Made by a program: the position numbers and the translations under genes. From positions 14,074,001 to 14,138,000 of the forward strand of contig OZ281494.1 in NCBI GenBank assembly GCA_965637545.1: a stretch of DNA of 64,000 bases. Reading direction: 5' to 3'. The notes below the pieces were generated by a model. It saw only the letters and a program-made list of their open reading frames with translations, was not told the DNA's origin and did not search any database. Origin of the DNA: Phallusia mammillata (taxonomy: Eukaryota). Below, in pieces: positions 13,201 through 26,560 of this stretch (within the stretch, counting starts at the first letter, position 1; each line of letters starts with the position of its first letter).

Positions 13201-16200
13201 GCTTTGTTATAGTCATAACGTTTGCTTGAGAAATTTGAACACACCATTTTGATACCGGTCAATCTAAATAACCAGAGGTTGACCGCCGTAAAAGTATGTA
13301 ACAAAGGGTTGTGGGCGAATGGAAAAGAATATTTTCTGAGCAAAATATTCCGCATACGTTTTAATATAGATTTGACTGAGTTTTAAAACCCAAACGATAC
13401 TTATGCCTATGGTGTCATTATTTTCCACTGAATGTAAAACACGAACCATCACGGTAACGACATAAATCAGATCTAAAAGCCTTCGGTTGCAGTCTAACCT
13501 GCAATGCGGATGACCTTATAGTGTGTAATTACTTTTCTCATTACGAAAAGGATATCTAACATAACAAAACATTGTACGGGAACCGACAGACCTTGAGGTA
13601 ATTGAAGAGCGACATTGACGCAAGTTCGTGCGTAGACAAAGTCGCCGTTTTCCGTCCTGCGTCCTGACGCACAACCCGTTTCCATAACTGTTTCCTTTCA
13701 TCAGTAAACCGACACTTCGCGATAAATCAGGCCATTTAGTCTCAGGTAATTTGCTGCGAGGAAGCGACAAATTTCGTGCGTATATTGAACCGGGAATCGG
13801 ATACGGATACGAGCAGTTCGTCCATGTTACGTCGCCTGTACCGGGACACAATGTTTATTGATGATAAAACTGATCAGGAAAGATGTTTGGTCTAAATAAC
13901 CTTTACTAGAAGAAGGCAACACTAGTGGAAAATTTGGGACCCATAGTTCGATGGTAGTAAGGGTCTTTGTTTTGGGTGACCCAACATTGTAGTGCAAGGG
14001 GTAAGCATTGGGTTAATGCGTGACACGGCCTGAGAAACAATATGGTAAAGGGCAAATGATATAAACTCCAGGGATTGCTGAAATGCATTGTAGACCATAG
14101 TACCAATGGCTTTAAATACCAATGGCTTTTAAAGGATTTACCTCCAAAATACCCAACAAATGCAACATTCCCTTCTGCTTTCACATAATTCGTTATTTAG
14201 CCTCAAAATGTATGTTTCGATTTATTATAGCAACCAGCTACCCCATGAGTTTAAAAGCGTCATATGACTTTTAAACAGTTTTGGACAGCTTGGTAACTTT
14301 ATATTGGTTTGGTTGTCTAGCCACCAATGAGAACATCATTCTCACCTGCATAATAAGACATTAGTTTACCGACAAAAAGACGCCAGCCCTGTATCCCGCG
14401 CGCTCGACGATCGTGACCCATCAAGATAAAGAGAGTTTATCCGGGGTCGCCCCCTCCTCTTAATCAATACAAACAGCGCCAAAGCAATAACAGTGATTAA
14501 CTATACACTAATAAGCGGCGCACCATCAACAAAATCAATTTTTCCTAATAACCCTTCCGCTACATGCCGACTATGTAGCACGTATATTCACATCACCGCC
14601 ACGACTTTGCTTCACACACTACAAAAGTGATCACATGGCGCGACCGACGTTAAAGACATGCAAACGCGAGGATATTTTTACCAGAACTATTTAATCTCTA
14701 AACTAGGTTGTAACAGATTTTTTTTCCAAATTGAAATACACATTTGACCTTCGCCAAACTGGTGCCATAAACGCAGAATCTTTTGAAGTTATTTAAAGTG
14801 CCATTTTGGGCCTTAAAACCAGTGTGATATTTAGGCCTCGTTCTCCACCTCGGAGTTGAACGGAGCCGATGCAGCCCAGCACTACTATAACTTCGGAGCC
14901 AGCGCCCAACCCGAAGATCACGTGTTCAAGGAGCCCAATGCCGTCCATCCACGTGAACCAGGAGTTGTGTCATACTCCCGAAGTATTGCCACACCCCATC
15001 ACCAGCATTCGCCCGATGCAAATAAAAGGTGTGTTGAAATGAATAGCGATTGAGCTTCAGCGAATTGCACAACCATTACCTCATGGGAAGTTGAATTGAT
15101 ATTGAATAGACTGCGTTTTTTTGTATTGTATTGATATAATTTAAGTTTTTGCGTGTTATATGCAAAATTGTACTGCATCTTCTGCAGAAGACTAAGAGCA
15201 TCGCGTTACTATTTTTATAAATATTTTGTTCACCGAACACTTTTTTAATAGCTTATAAATGTTCTGTATTATTTGTTGGAATTGAAGAGGTGATCAAAAT
15301 GTAAAGATTTTGCCAATAAATAACTGTAAAATGCATCTATAGAATTAAATTCTGTCAACGCATTGTACTGTAAGCTGCAACCAGTGCACACTGCTTCGAC
15401 CTAGTATGCAACTTACTTATCTATTATTGAATTACTGCTTTTGAACTGAACTGTACTATGTTTTGCACAGAAGCAGTTTAGGCGAAACAAGCGAAGGTTG
15501 CACGTACACCAACAGCAGCACCACGCCTCAATTCGTTAGCTACGCCGGTTATTCTTACCCGGGCTACGAAGGCGCGCAGTCACAACTTATTCCGGCAGCA
15601 GTAAGTGAATTTCAGGCCGAGCTTGCTGCGCACGGAGAAAGCTTATACACCCAGCTGAACGGGGCCCAGAACGCCGCGGACCTTAAAATGATTCCACACA
15701 CTACTGCGATGTCTGAAGCCCACCACTACAACGCGCACAGGGGCTCAACACCAACCGAGAGCCATCCGACAATGCCGTATCTTTATGCCGAAGCATCGGC
15801 TGTGGCACAGAACTACCCCCAACACCCGCTCGCCAACTCCGAGCTACATGCCAATATGACCCCTGCTGAATTCTACAACCGCGAGCATTTCCAGTATCAA
15901 CAAGTCCTCCAGCAAGGCATGATGCCCCTGGACGGGTCAGCAGCGCTCGCTGTGCCCACGAGTCAGGGAAAATTCCCCCACGCCGCTGTTTTCAACCGTC
16001 AGTACCGCAACCAATTGGAGAGCATCGCAGAACGAGCAAAGATGCGATTACAAGACAACACTCATTTGCACGACGAGGCAGTTGCTGTCAACCCGATTAT
16101 TAACATACAGGAACTCACCGGCTACACGGGTAAGTAAGAAACATGCAGCGTTGATTTTCGACGCATGTTTGGTGTCTGCGCCCTTGTCATATCCAGTTAC

Positions 16201-19200
16201 TGCAGTTTCAGCAAAGTATCTGCGACTAAAGGTTAAAACGCCGCTACTATAGCAGTACCAAGAAACAGTGTTATGTACCCCATCATGTGCTCAAAAATTA
16301 AAAGCCAAATCAGCTAAGCTTTGCAATGAAGTGCGGGGTTTGCAGAGAGTCTTTTGAAATATTTGGATTGCAGTAGTTTGACAAATAAACATGCATTTTA
16401 ATCGTTTTTTGCTGAGGTAAATGAATCAGACGTAATGTGGATCTGTTATGAATGACAAAATTTTATAATTGCTAGCATTGCATATACAGCGCACTAAGGT
16501 CAAACTGCGATTCATTTAAAAGCATTTTTTCGTAAAATATGTTTATAAATAGGTATTGTAGCCAAATTATTGAAATTTTCATTTGGGGGACAAAGCAACT
16601 GCATGCGTAAAAGAATATGAAACCGTGCATTTTGCAAAAAATCAGCCATTTGAATGCATTCCAACAAACGACAAACGCATATTGGCGGCATGGCACAGCG
16701 AGCAGCTGTTCCGCCCAACCCACCCAAACTTTCGCGCTGTTCGGACGGAGGTTCTCGCACTCGCGGAATTGAAGATGGTTGCGCGGCGAATATTGGGTGG
16801 ATGCGGCTTGTGAGGATTCGCGAAGTAGCGTAAGATTTCGGGCGAAACCGCGGGCAAATCAATGAAAATATCCTGTTTCACTTCTCAATTTGCACCGCAC
16901 CCGCTGGCCACGCGTTTTTTCTTTAGCGTTTTTCTTTAGCCCAGTGAGCTTCTTCCTCGCATCGCTGACACTATAGCTAGCACGTTGTTGGAACAAAGTT
17001 TATTTGGGTCTATGCGATAGATTGACTTACTATTAATTAAACGAAACGCCCACTTAATAACCGTTTTTAGCGCTCTAAAGAAGCGATTTTTTTTTTACAA
17101 GTATTATTTATTTGGTACAGAAATTTTCTAAATCTATTTGTCGGACGCTTGATTATATCCTTTAAACATAATAGTTACCAGCGAACTAAAACAAATTTTA
17201 CAAATGTTTCGTGAAAGGAACAGCGGAAAAAACTAACCAAACGAGATAATCTTGTGCGGACAAGCTTAAAAATTATAGCAGAAAAAAATTGCTTATAGGG
17301 GAAGACTTTTTTCCGGTTAAGCTCGCAAGTTTAGTCCCACTTTTTCATAGAATTAAAACGCGTCAAATTGGGTATTCTCTGCAAGGGTAGCCTATCCATC
17401 CAAAAAATAAACGAAGGAAAACTACGCGGAATGTGAATGGTAAAATCCAAAGGACGAAAACTGGGCTAAAATCCCTGTGGAAAGTACATAGGCCTTCGCG
17501 TGACCGGACATATACCGAGAAAATCTCCGCAACAAATATCGCGCTGCCGTTGGATAGTCAATAAATTGTGATCCGCTTAAACTGTGCCCGCAAGAAAGAC
17601 AGGAGCTGCTCGGTTATGAACAAGATGTTAGGCAGATTGGCAGACGCGTTTCAATGAAATTGGACAACAAACAACCAATTTCTGCTTCTTGTCTATTTAA
17701 TAAAACATTCAACATTGTGTTGATCAACGCCTGATCGAGCCATTGTCAATTTCCCTTTTATTTTATTTTTTGCACTGACTTGCCGGTCGCGTGGCGTTTA
17801 AATGCAAGTTCGTGTCTTTGTGCCAAACTTTGAATCAAATGAAACAAAATTTACATAAAAATAAACAATAAAGTATTCAATAAAACAAGTTTAGAAACCA
17901 AAATAAGCTAACCACTCCTCACACTTTTTTATTTGCGTTTCATAAATGGTTACCGCAAAATCATGGTGGAATACTTTTACACAGCATGTACCACAACGTT
18001 TGTTTATTGAAGTGTATTGATATCAAAATAACAAAAACAACTGAGGAACTAGATAAACGAAAACAGTTATTAAGACCGCACATATTTTTTTGCGTGAATA
18101 GTCAACGCATCTAAGCAATTTAGACACATTTAGTAAAAAATACTGCAAGTAGCCCATTTGATATAGGCCTATACGTCTTCTTGACTTTAATTTGTTTCGC
18201 ATGAGGATAAATCTAAACATTTTAAACCTGTAAAAGCCACACGATCGTAAAACAGCGAAAATTTTGAACACATAACACAGTAACATTGCATCAATATGTA
18301 AATTACAGCGTAAATTCGACAGGATTGTAGCAGTTCGCTTAACAGTTATGGGATATCGAACAGTAATACTTCACAATACTTTATTGTTGTGTGTTTTGCG
18401 CTTTAAGGTAACGGACCAATCCAACTGTGGCAGTTCCTTCTCGAGCTACTCTGCGACCCAACGTGCAAGCATTTAATCAAGTGGACGGGTGAAAGTTGGC
18501 AATTCAAAATGGAGGAACCCGACGAAGTTGCCAAGTACGTTTTGTTTGTTGCAACCTTTTTAATGAATACAAACTGCCACATAATTTATGTAATCCATAA
18601 CACGCAGTGTATTGTCTGCTACAAGTGGATTGTGTTTTTTTACTGCATTTTCGTAATCAGTAAATTCTTATGTTGGACTCTTTTTCTCTGGAAGTTTGAT
18701 GGTTGGCAGTTTACCAAGAATAATACCTATTTTATTTTACATTTCGAAAATAATACATTTCAAAATTAAATTTTACTTTGCATATACTTCTTGCCAATAC
18801 AGGATAAATTTACTTATAATGTATACTTTGGCATTGCATAAAGCGGTAAATTATACTTACTATATATACGCAATATTTACTCTCTATTACTTTGTTGTTT
18901 TATTTATCCACTTTTTGCGCACGTTTTAGTCTAATGGGCCGTTTTTGCCCAAAATAACTATTTAACCATTTCCCTTTTTTCGCAGGCGATGGGGAATGCG
19001 CAAGAACAAACCGAAGATGACGTACGAAAAACTGTCACGTGGAATCCGATATTACTACGATAAAAACATCATAGTCAAGTGCCCGGCCAGGTATGTCAAT
19101 TAGCCACAACCGACCATATAGCCATTCCATCATCCTGCAATGACTGACTTGTAAAGTTTTGTATTTGCGAAATTATGAAGGGCAGCGCACGCTTTCGGGG

Positions 19201-21691
19201 TCATCGCGAGGATGTGTTGCTCTATATTGATATCTTGGCAGCCAATTATATGTTAGACGCACTTTGCACGACAATTAGGTATTTGTTTAGAGATTAATTG
19301 TTTCATTCCAAGGAGTGATACATTTGGTATTAGTTAAGTTGGTTTTATTTCGCGAGGTATAAGAAAATCTTTGCGACACGTTTTCATTGAAGCAATAACC
19401 GAGCAGGAAATTGCTGGGCATCGTTGGAACGCTTTTGAGCGCAAAAAATAAAGGTTAAGCTGCAGTTACAGAGGTGTTTTTTACTGGGGCTTGCAAAAAA
19501 GTAAATTTAGATGATGTAGGTAAACATAACTAACAAAAAATGTGTGGTCGATGTTTTTTTCTGAATCCTTCGCAGCTAAATGATTTAAAATGAATGCATC
19601 GGGCGCAAGGTAGAGAATTGTATTCAGATAGTTTATTCATGAAAACAAGTTACAGCAACGTATGGCAGAAACTTGTAAGTTGTTTAACGACTGCCATTTA
19701 AACACGGGGGTTTATTTATCTACGTCCAAATAATCGTTTTGTAACTATCTAATTTAAATAAGCATTAGACGGAAGTTTTTAACACATATTCCAGTGTAAA
19801 TTTGTCGTCGGTAGCAGATATCGATGGTAGTGTACAACCATTGGGTGTTTTTTTTATATTGACGTACAGTAACCATACCTTGTATCAGAAACAAAGTCGA
19901 ATTAGGCGCGATTATCAAAAAAAAATCAAGGACATTTTTATTTTGTTAGGCGATACGTGTACAAGTATGTCAATGACCTGGAGAAAATACTTGGAATCTC
20001 GTCGACCCAACTTCACAAAATGTTAGGGATCAAACCGCTTAATGAGGATGGGGAGGAAATCATCACTAGCGATACAGACGTGAAAAGGGAGCCAGAATCA
20101 CCCCAACATCACCCACAGGGGGCAGTGGGTGGATCCCCTCATGTTAACTCCGCCACCCCAGGCATGTTGCACCATAAATTTGACATTTAATGTTGAGGTG
20201 TTGTTCTTGCAAAAACGATGTTTGTCACTAAGGCACTGACCGTCCTTTGCGCTGTGGTAATTTACATGCCAAACAATAATGGGATAATGTATTTCTTGCA
20301 CCTTTTTATTGGGTTAATATTAGTTCTTTATGTGGGTTTGCAACAGTACAAAATTTTTGTTACAAGTCTCACAATGTTGGACCATGAACATTCAAGTGGC
20401 TTTAAAAGGTCGTTATGACTCACATCCTGCATTGCAATCGCCAAGGGCGCGACATTGCTAACCGCTCTATAAATCCTACAGACGTAACCAACGAGCAACC
20501 AACCACGGAGTCAGGCCACCACCAGACCGGGGAAATATCCACCAGTGCTGGGGTGACGCCCCCTATGTCCAACGGTCCTTCACCCACCATGCATTACCAC
20601 CCCCAACAACAGCAACCGCAACAACACCAGGGGGGCAGCGACTCACCTTCGATCATGATGACACAACAGCAACATGCGGCCATGCAGCATGCCCAACACG
20701 CAGTGACCCAAGCTGATGTAGGAACCTACCCATCGCCGCAGCAAATTGCCGGTAAGGTTTAGCTCGGCGCACTTTCATGCACAGGTACATGGGCTTCGTC
20801 CGGGAAGGAACATAGAAATTTGCCGTTTGACTACAGAGTAAACGACCTTGATCAATGGGTCTCACTCGAGCGACGTTTCCCGTTGTCGACTCGACAACCT
20901 GCGATCCTCCGCCCTTTCGCTTTTGTTTCGGTCGTCGCAGATCGGAAAAGGGTGTGAACGAACGCGCGCGCGGAAGGTAAACAAAACGCGCCGGAGATTC
21001 GATTATTGCACGTCCTTTCGCTGATGCTAATAGCTGGCGAATATGCACGGAGGAAAAGAGATATATGGATGTTGACATCCATAAGTGTTCACACCCATTT
21101 CCGGTTTTCGATTAATATACTAACATATGCGAGATCAACAAAACTTGGTTGTTTCATTTTCAAACAACAGACTATGAACAAATATTTACTAAGTCTTGGC
21201 TAATGCTTGTAAATCTTGCAGCTCAACAGTCTAAAGGTAACTTCGATGAATGGATCGTCGGAATTTCCAACAACAGCAACGTGCGGGGCCAGCAGCAGGA
21301 AACTATGGACGATCTGAGGAAGGGACATCAACAGTCGCACCAGCAGCATGTTATTCAACGACAGCACTCCATGCCATGCAACAGAAGCTCACCGTCAGTT
21401 GATCTGCACAGCACCAGCGCTACGCCACCTGCCGGCCAAATGGTTCAGTCTGTAATGGACGGCAATGGTCACTATCAGGCAATGCGGGGTGTAGAACAGC
21501 AGCCAGCTGCCGAAATGTCCCAAACTCGGTTAAACTCCAACGCCAATAACAACAGAACGAGCCCGAGAGATGCTAATACCACGCTACAACCAATTTATCA
21601 GAGAGAAGTGGACGTGGAGAATGAAGACCACCGTCTTGCTTTGTGCCGGGACAATAGATTCGTTGCATGCAACGGTGATATACAGCCGTAG
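4211..21691 (+). CDS. ETS1/2: Ets1/2 (pointed) family ETS transcription factor, long isoform (~1049 aa)
   Basis: Phase-consistent exons: 4211-5162, 11981-12141, 14835-15028, 15471-16129, 18408-18534, 18986-19090, 19950-20161, 20482-20751, 21222-21691 (3150 nt). The spliced ETS domain reads [98 protein letters not shown], matching the ETS1/ETS2/Pointed signature ([18 protein letters not shown]...[15 protein letters not shown]). Exon 4211-5162 contains LPPLTP and ends in a phase-1 AAG|gtatgg donor. The family call is firm; joining the first exon is inferred. Confidence 0.8.
8565..8746. mobile_element. hAT-like MITE, 182 bp (family shared with 51488-51656)
   Basis: Ends CAGTGTTTTTTTAAGG...CCTTAAAAAAACCTG; perfect 8-bp TSD GGTACATC (8557-8564 / 8747-8754). 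Confidence 0.9.
10842..21691 (+). CDS. ETS1/2: Ets1/2 family factor, short isoform from alternative first coding exon (~756 aa)
   Basis: Exon 10842-10914 ([24 protein letters not shown]) has an upstream acceptor (cacacag at 10780) and a phase-1 TACG|gtaagc donor. It joins in frame to the shared exon at 11981. Confidence 0.65.
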
Positions 21692-24122
21692 CGCATACAG
21701 AGTGCGAAAACACTCTCTTGGGTGCCATAATGTTCCAATTGCTCACGTTGTGGTGCGTTACTGCCCAGGTGGGTGTACACTTAAGTCGAAGATTACTGTT
21801 TACTGCATGCATACAGCATTTCAGCATGCACATAATACTGAACTGTTACAGCACAAGGAACGATGCGAATACCTTACCACAAAAAGGTTTCCTGTTGTTG
21901 CTTTCGTGTTCACTGCCTAGAGAAGTCATATTATGTTGCATCTGGCATCCAATGCCTATTATCTAGTGCGTGCAATTTTTAGAGCAGTTAATGCGTTTGG
22001 AAGTTAGGATAAGTGCCTTACACTACGAATGAGTTCTTATGGTTTTGTTTCTTTGCGATTTTATAATGCCTTTATCGTTTGTTTATTTTAAATTTGTTGC
22101 GGTTTAGGTCGGTTCTAACTTATCCGCTTTTTGATTGTGTTTTTTTTTTCGAGAAGTTCTTTCTAAGTTCAGCTCCTACCGTGGTATAATGGGTGCCAAA
22201 ATGCGTTTTGAAGGCGTAGGGCAACCAAAGAAATCGGGAATAAAATCTGGAATTTAACTAACCACACTCCGTGCTTTATAACAAATTGCAGATGTAAGTT
22301 GAACAAACCATTCCTACCATTGCGCAACCCTGATTTTTGTGAATGAATACGACAAACTTGGGGAAATCTCGCCGCCCATTTAGAATAGCGGTTATTTAAC
22401 TATTTTGTGACTATTGTTTAGTATTGCCAATTGTTATATGTTGCGAGCGTTGTTGCAATCTATCATGCGGTACCGTGTGCTTCTCCGCTTCATGCTATAT
22501 TCTTGCGATGTTTTATAGATGTACAAAAAAGGTACGCCCGACAATGGAGAAAAATAATACCAAATTTTAGCGGGTTTTCAGTGCAACGTTAGAAATGTTT
22601 TAGACAAGCTGTTCACTGCAGCAGTAGCTGGTTTTGTGGACCAAAAATGCTGTTTTTTTCTGCATTCCTCGTTGGTACCCAGATGACTTTATTTCTCCCC
22701 CTTTTCTCTGTTTTTGTACATAACCGTGTGTTGTATATTTACATAACCTTCGCCGGAATACAATGCTTTTGCCTTGAGAACTCACGAAGTAACCAAAGGT
22801 TACGAGCACGTAAACCGCTTGGGTGTTGCGCAAGTTACGAAGCAAAAACCGTAGGGCAAGTTACAAAAACATGTTTTTGACAGCAGAACAAAGTGTGACT
22901 ATAGGGACCGAGCATTTTTCCATTACAGCAGCAAGGCCCACTGTTTTTTTTGCAAAATGACTTTCGCAAATAACACTGATCTAAATTCAGAAAAGAAAAA
23001 CTGACATAAGAGATATTTTGCCCCGATGAGTGACTGCAAAACATCCATATGAAAGATAAATGTTTACCTGTAAGTTATTTATTAGTCATATTTTTAATGG
23101 CGTTCTTCGAACGACAACCTCTCCAGTGGACATTTTCGCCATGAAAAAGGATGCAAGTATCGAGTTGCCAAGTAATTTCAGACGGTCCTTGCGTGGGGAA
23201 AGTTGATGATGTTGCGGCGGACTGTGCATTAAAGTTGTTGTAGGGATATGTGCCACATTAAATTTAATAATTTATGCGATAGGGAGAGAAGAAGCGTTGA
23301 AAGGCCGCAACTGCAAAAGATATTGGGCGGCTGGAAATGTTTAATTCATGTCTTTTATTTTCATTAGTCGAATTCGGTATGATGTATGGATTAAAAAGGC
23401 ATTGCGTTGACCCACAAATATCTGTGCTATCGTCGTGTATGATACTTTGACTTGCGAAAAAACGAATTGCAATTTCTAGAAAGGGGAACAGGAACCACAA
23501 ATCAAAACAAAAAAAGAAGCTTTGCGCTGCATTTGGGATGAATTTTTTTCAAATGTTTGTTGGAGTAGATTTTCTAACACAAAACCCTACAAAACGGGTA
23601 AATTATTTGGGTAAAGACCGCATATAAGTTATATATTACTGTGGGGCAACACACATATAGACACAAGATGTTTGCTAATAAACAAAAGCATATGCGCGGA
23701 AACTTACTCAATGCACTGTCGCTAGGTTAGAGGAAACACAAACCAATTATCAGTTTGTTGTTTGTTAGTGTTTTTCCGCGAAACCAGCGGATGCAGTTTG
23801 CTTTAAACAATCGCCGGGCGTTAACGGCTTTCGACGAAACAAATGCTTGTTGACAAATATACACCCGGGCTTGGTTGCCTTACAGCTGTTTAATAAGTTA
23901 GTGTACACAATAGATATTGTACAGGTCATGTGATCCGTCGCATTAATTGTGCTATCATTAAATGGGCCGTACGTGTAAGGACAACTTACAATGTCAACGT
24001 AAAATGGTTTCAACAAAGTTGCATGTACCAATAAACACGTACACAAACAGTTTTTAATAAATTGATGCCTGTAGCGTATTTTAGTTCGTATTAAAAGCGC
24101 ATTAAACTTTCATGTCAGTACT

Positions 24123-26102
24123 TCATATATCATCTTCGTCGCTGAGTACAGGGAGTTTTGGCAAACGTCGCCGGTGCCTTTCGTATTGGGGGTAGCCCCC
24201 GTTCCCTATCGGTTCAAACGGGGTATCCTGATGGTGGCCGTTTGCCTTGGCATAAATAGGAGGTAGTTTGACATAGGGAGACATTGAGGGCGTAATTTGG
24301 GCGTGGTTTGCGTCCCGGAGAGCTGCTAGTTGGCGTCGATGATCTTCCGTCCACGAATACGAATCCTGCTGAATTTTTGAGCGCGGTCCCCACGTTTTTA
24401 GGTCGTGTTTGTTGTAGTGTTGCTGAGATAAAACAAATACACAAACATATGAAAGACTTTTTGATGGTTATGGTTGCAACCAAATACAATTCCCGAGCAA
24501 AAACTCAAGAGGAACTAAAAACGTACTAGAAGAGGTTGTTTTGCCAACTTGCTGACTTGAGCATCTTGTCGGCATATCTATAACTTATGTTTAACTTAGT
24601 AGAAGAGTATGGCATTGAACAAAACGTTTGATGAAACAATTTGTATAAATCAGATGGTAACTTACTACAAAAAATTCTTTAACAGGGTAATTTGTAACAA
24701 TCTATTTTATTTCAACATGTTTTAAATAAGACCACTTCTTTTATTTTTAGTTTTTACGAATGCAAAGCCAGACGACATTTATAATAATTTCTCAGTAAAA
24801 TATGTAGTAGTACAACACCTTGGATTCGGTGTGCCATTCGTTGATACAGTTGCCAAAAGAAAGAGTTGATTCGAGCATTCCTCGTCTTCGTGTTGACGCC
24901 ATTTGACGATCCCCAGTAACGGCTTTGCCCTGATTACTGCTCCCACCAACAACTTGCCTTTGAATTGTCTGCGATTTATAAGTTAGCTAGTTTGTCATTT
25001 GTGTCTTATAAGTTACACAAGACATATAGGCTATGGAACACGTAAATTTCCGAAGGGAAATCCTCTTTAACAAAAAATACCACAGGATCTTTTACAGGTT
25101 TTATTGTAATGCTTTTACAGCAGCAAACATTGCCATTAAAAACTACCTTGTTTGTTGTTTCCCAATTATCTCTTTCGCATCCCAAAACAATATTGCTGGC
25201 TCTAGGATCGGTTCTTTTGTACCGTACTGTTCTCGAAGGTTCCAATTTGCGAGCAGAGCGACTTGAATCCTGTATAGCATTTACACCGACAGAAATTGAA
25301 TAGCTGGCTGTTGGTAGTTAGTATCAAGCTTTTGGCGAGCTACTTACCAAGTATTCCATATTTTTTTGAAATCTCAATGTTTGTGATGACTGATTTTTTG
25401 TTTCTGATTTTCTTTCGCAACAAAACGTTTAGCTACAACTTACCAATAAACTTTTGCGAACATGCATGACATATCTTAAGTCTTTGACCAAATACATAAA
25501 GAAGCATTAGCAAGATGGTCATTTAGCAATGCAACAGCGAAACAAGGCGTTTTTATTCCGTGCAGAGCAACACCGACCGCGATATGATGATATTCATGTG
25601 CACATCGTCACGCGTAATTTCATGCATAATACATGCACCACCCAATAATTCCCAACATGCCACCTTCGCAAAGGATCGCAATATCATTATCCGTGGTCTG
25701 TGTAAAACTGTGCGTTAATGAAGTCCATGACATAGTGAAGTAGGAAACAGTTATCAAACGGAGTGACGTTGTTATTTACATAGTTTTGCAAACAAACCAT
25801 AGTCGTTGATCTGATAGGTGCACCACCAGATAGGTACGTTTTCTTTGGCACTTTATGTCTATTGCTGTTCCGTTTAAATGTTTCTAAGCGCATTTTGGGG
25901 AAAATAGAACAAAAAGTTCATACCGCCACTTTGCAACGAGGTCCGCTAAAGCGACGAAACATCAGCGGGGTTGCGCGATTTTCCGCACATCAGATCAAAC
26001 TAACGGCTGAGGTAACGGTGTGAAAGTATAGTGTTTGTAAACAGCATCTTGTGGCGACTGAAATATCTTGCAAGGGCTAACTCGATGACCGATATGGTCC
26101 AT
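24123..26102 (-). CDS. Uncharacterised multi-exon protein (orphan); 3' exons firm, 5' exons uncertain
   Basis: Three phase-0 exons with canonical sites and open frames: 25269-25147 (DSSRSARKLEP...SNIVLGCERDNWETTNK), 24968-24819 (TIQRQVV...STLSFGNCINEWHTESK), 24422-24123 (QHYNKHDLKTW...YVKLPPI...RRRLPKLPVLSDEDDI*). Candidate start ATG at 26102 follows an acceptor at 26131. Several alternative small exons are possible between 25348 and 25900. Confidence 0.65.
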
Positions 26103-26560
26103 TCGCCGCCGGTAATAACCGTATACGCAACTGCAAATAAATATGATGATAGGGGCGTCTTGTTTAGGCCAGCAGGGGGCTTTTATTTGAGTAAGAAAAA
26201 CGGCGACTTTGATTTGCACCAAGATGATATTTGACATTTTGTTTTGTACTAATCATAGACAAGTCGTTTATAATGGACGTGAAACGTCTTTGTTGTGATA
26301 ACTACTGTTGCTATTTGGCGCCAACTACCGGTGTAAAATATCCCCAACAGTCTGTAATATTTCCTGCTACATGACCTAAACGTTTGCGCTAAACTTTGCA
26401 AGTTTAGTAAAATAAAGTGTATTATGTGTCAACTGTGTGCTCAACCAGAATTTTTCAAGCATTCTCTTGGCAAAGAAGCTAGAGACCACACCAGTGTGTC
26501 AGGTTCTAACATCACCGCTTTTTCCTTCACATGGGTCAATGTATGGAAGCATTAGTCACT

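Noticed and set aside
13494-14184. Several 60-110-aa minus-strand ORFs in an ETS intron
   Set aside because: No recognisable motifs or consistent splice chain; probably chance ORFs or decayed repeat.
16710-16808. Imperfect intronic hairpin (ccacccaa/ttgggtgg, ttcgc/gcgaa) as a pre-miRNA
   Set aside because: The stem is interrupted and the loop large; not distinguishable from chance in GC-rich sequence without folding or small-RNA data.
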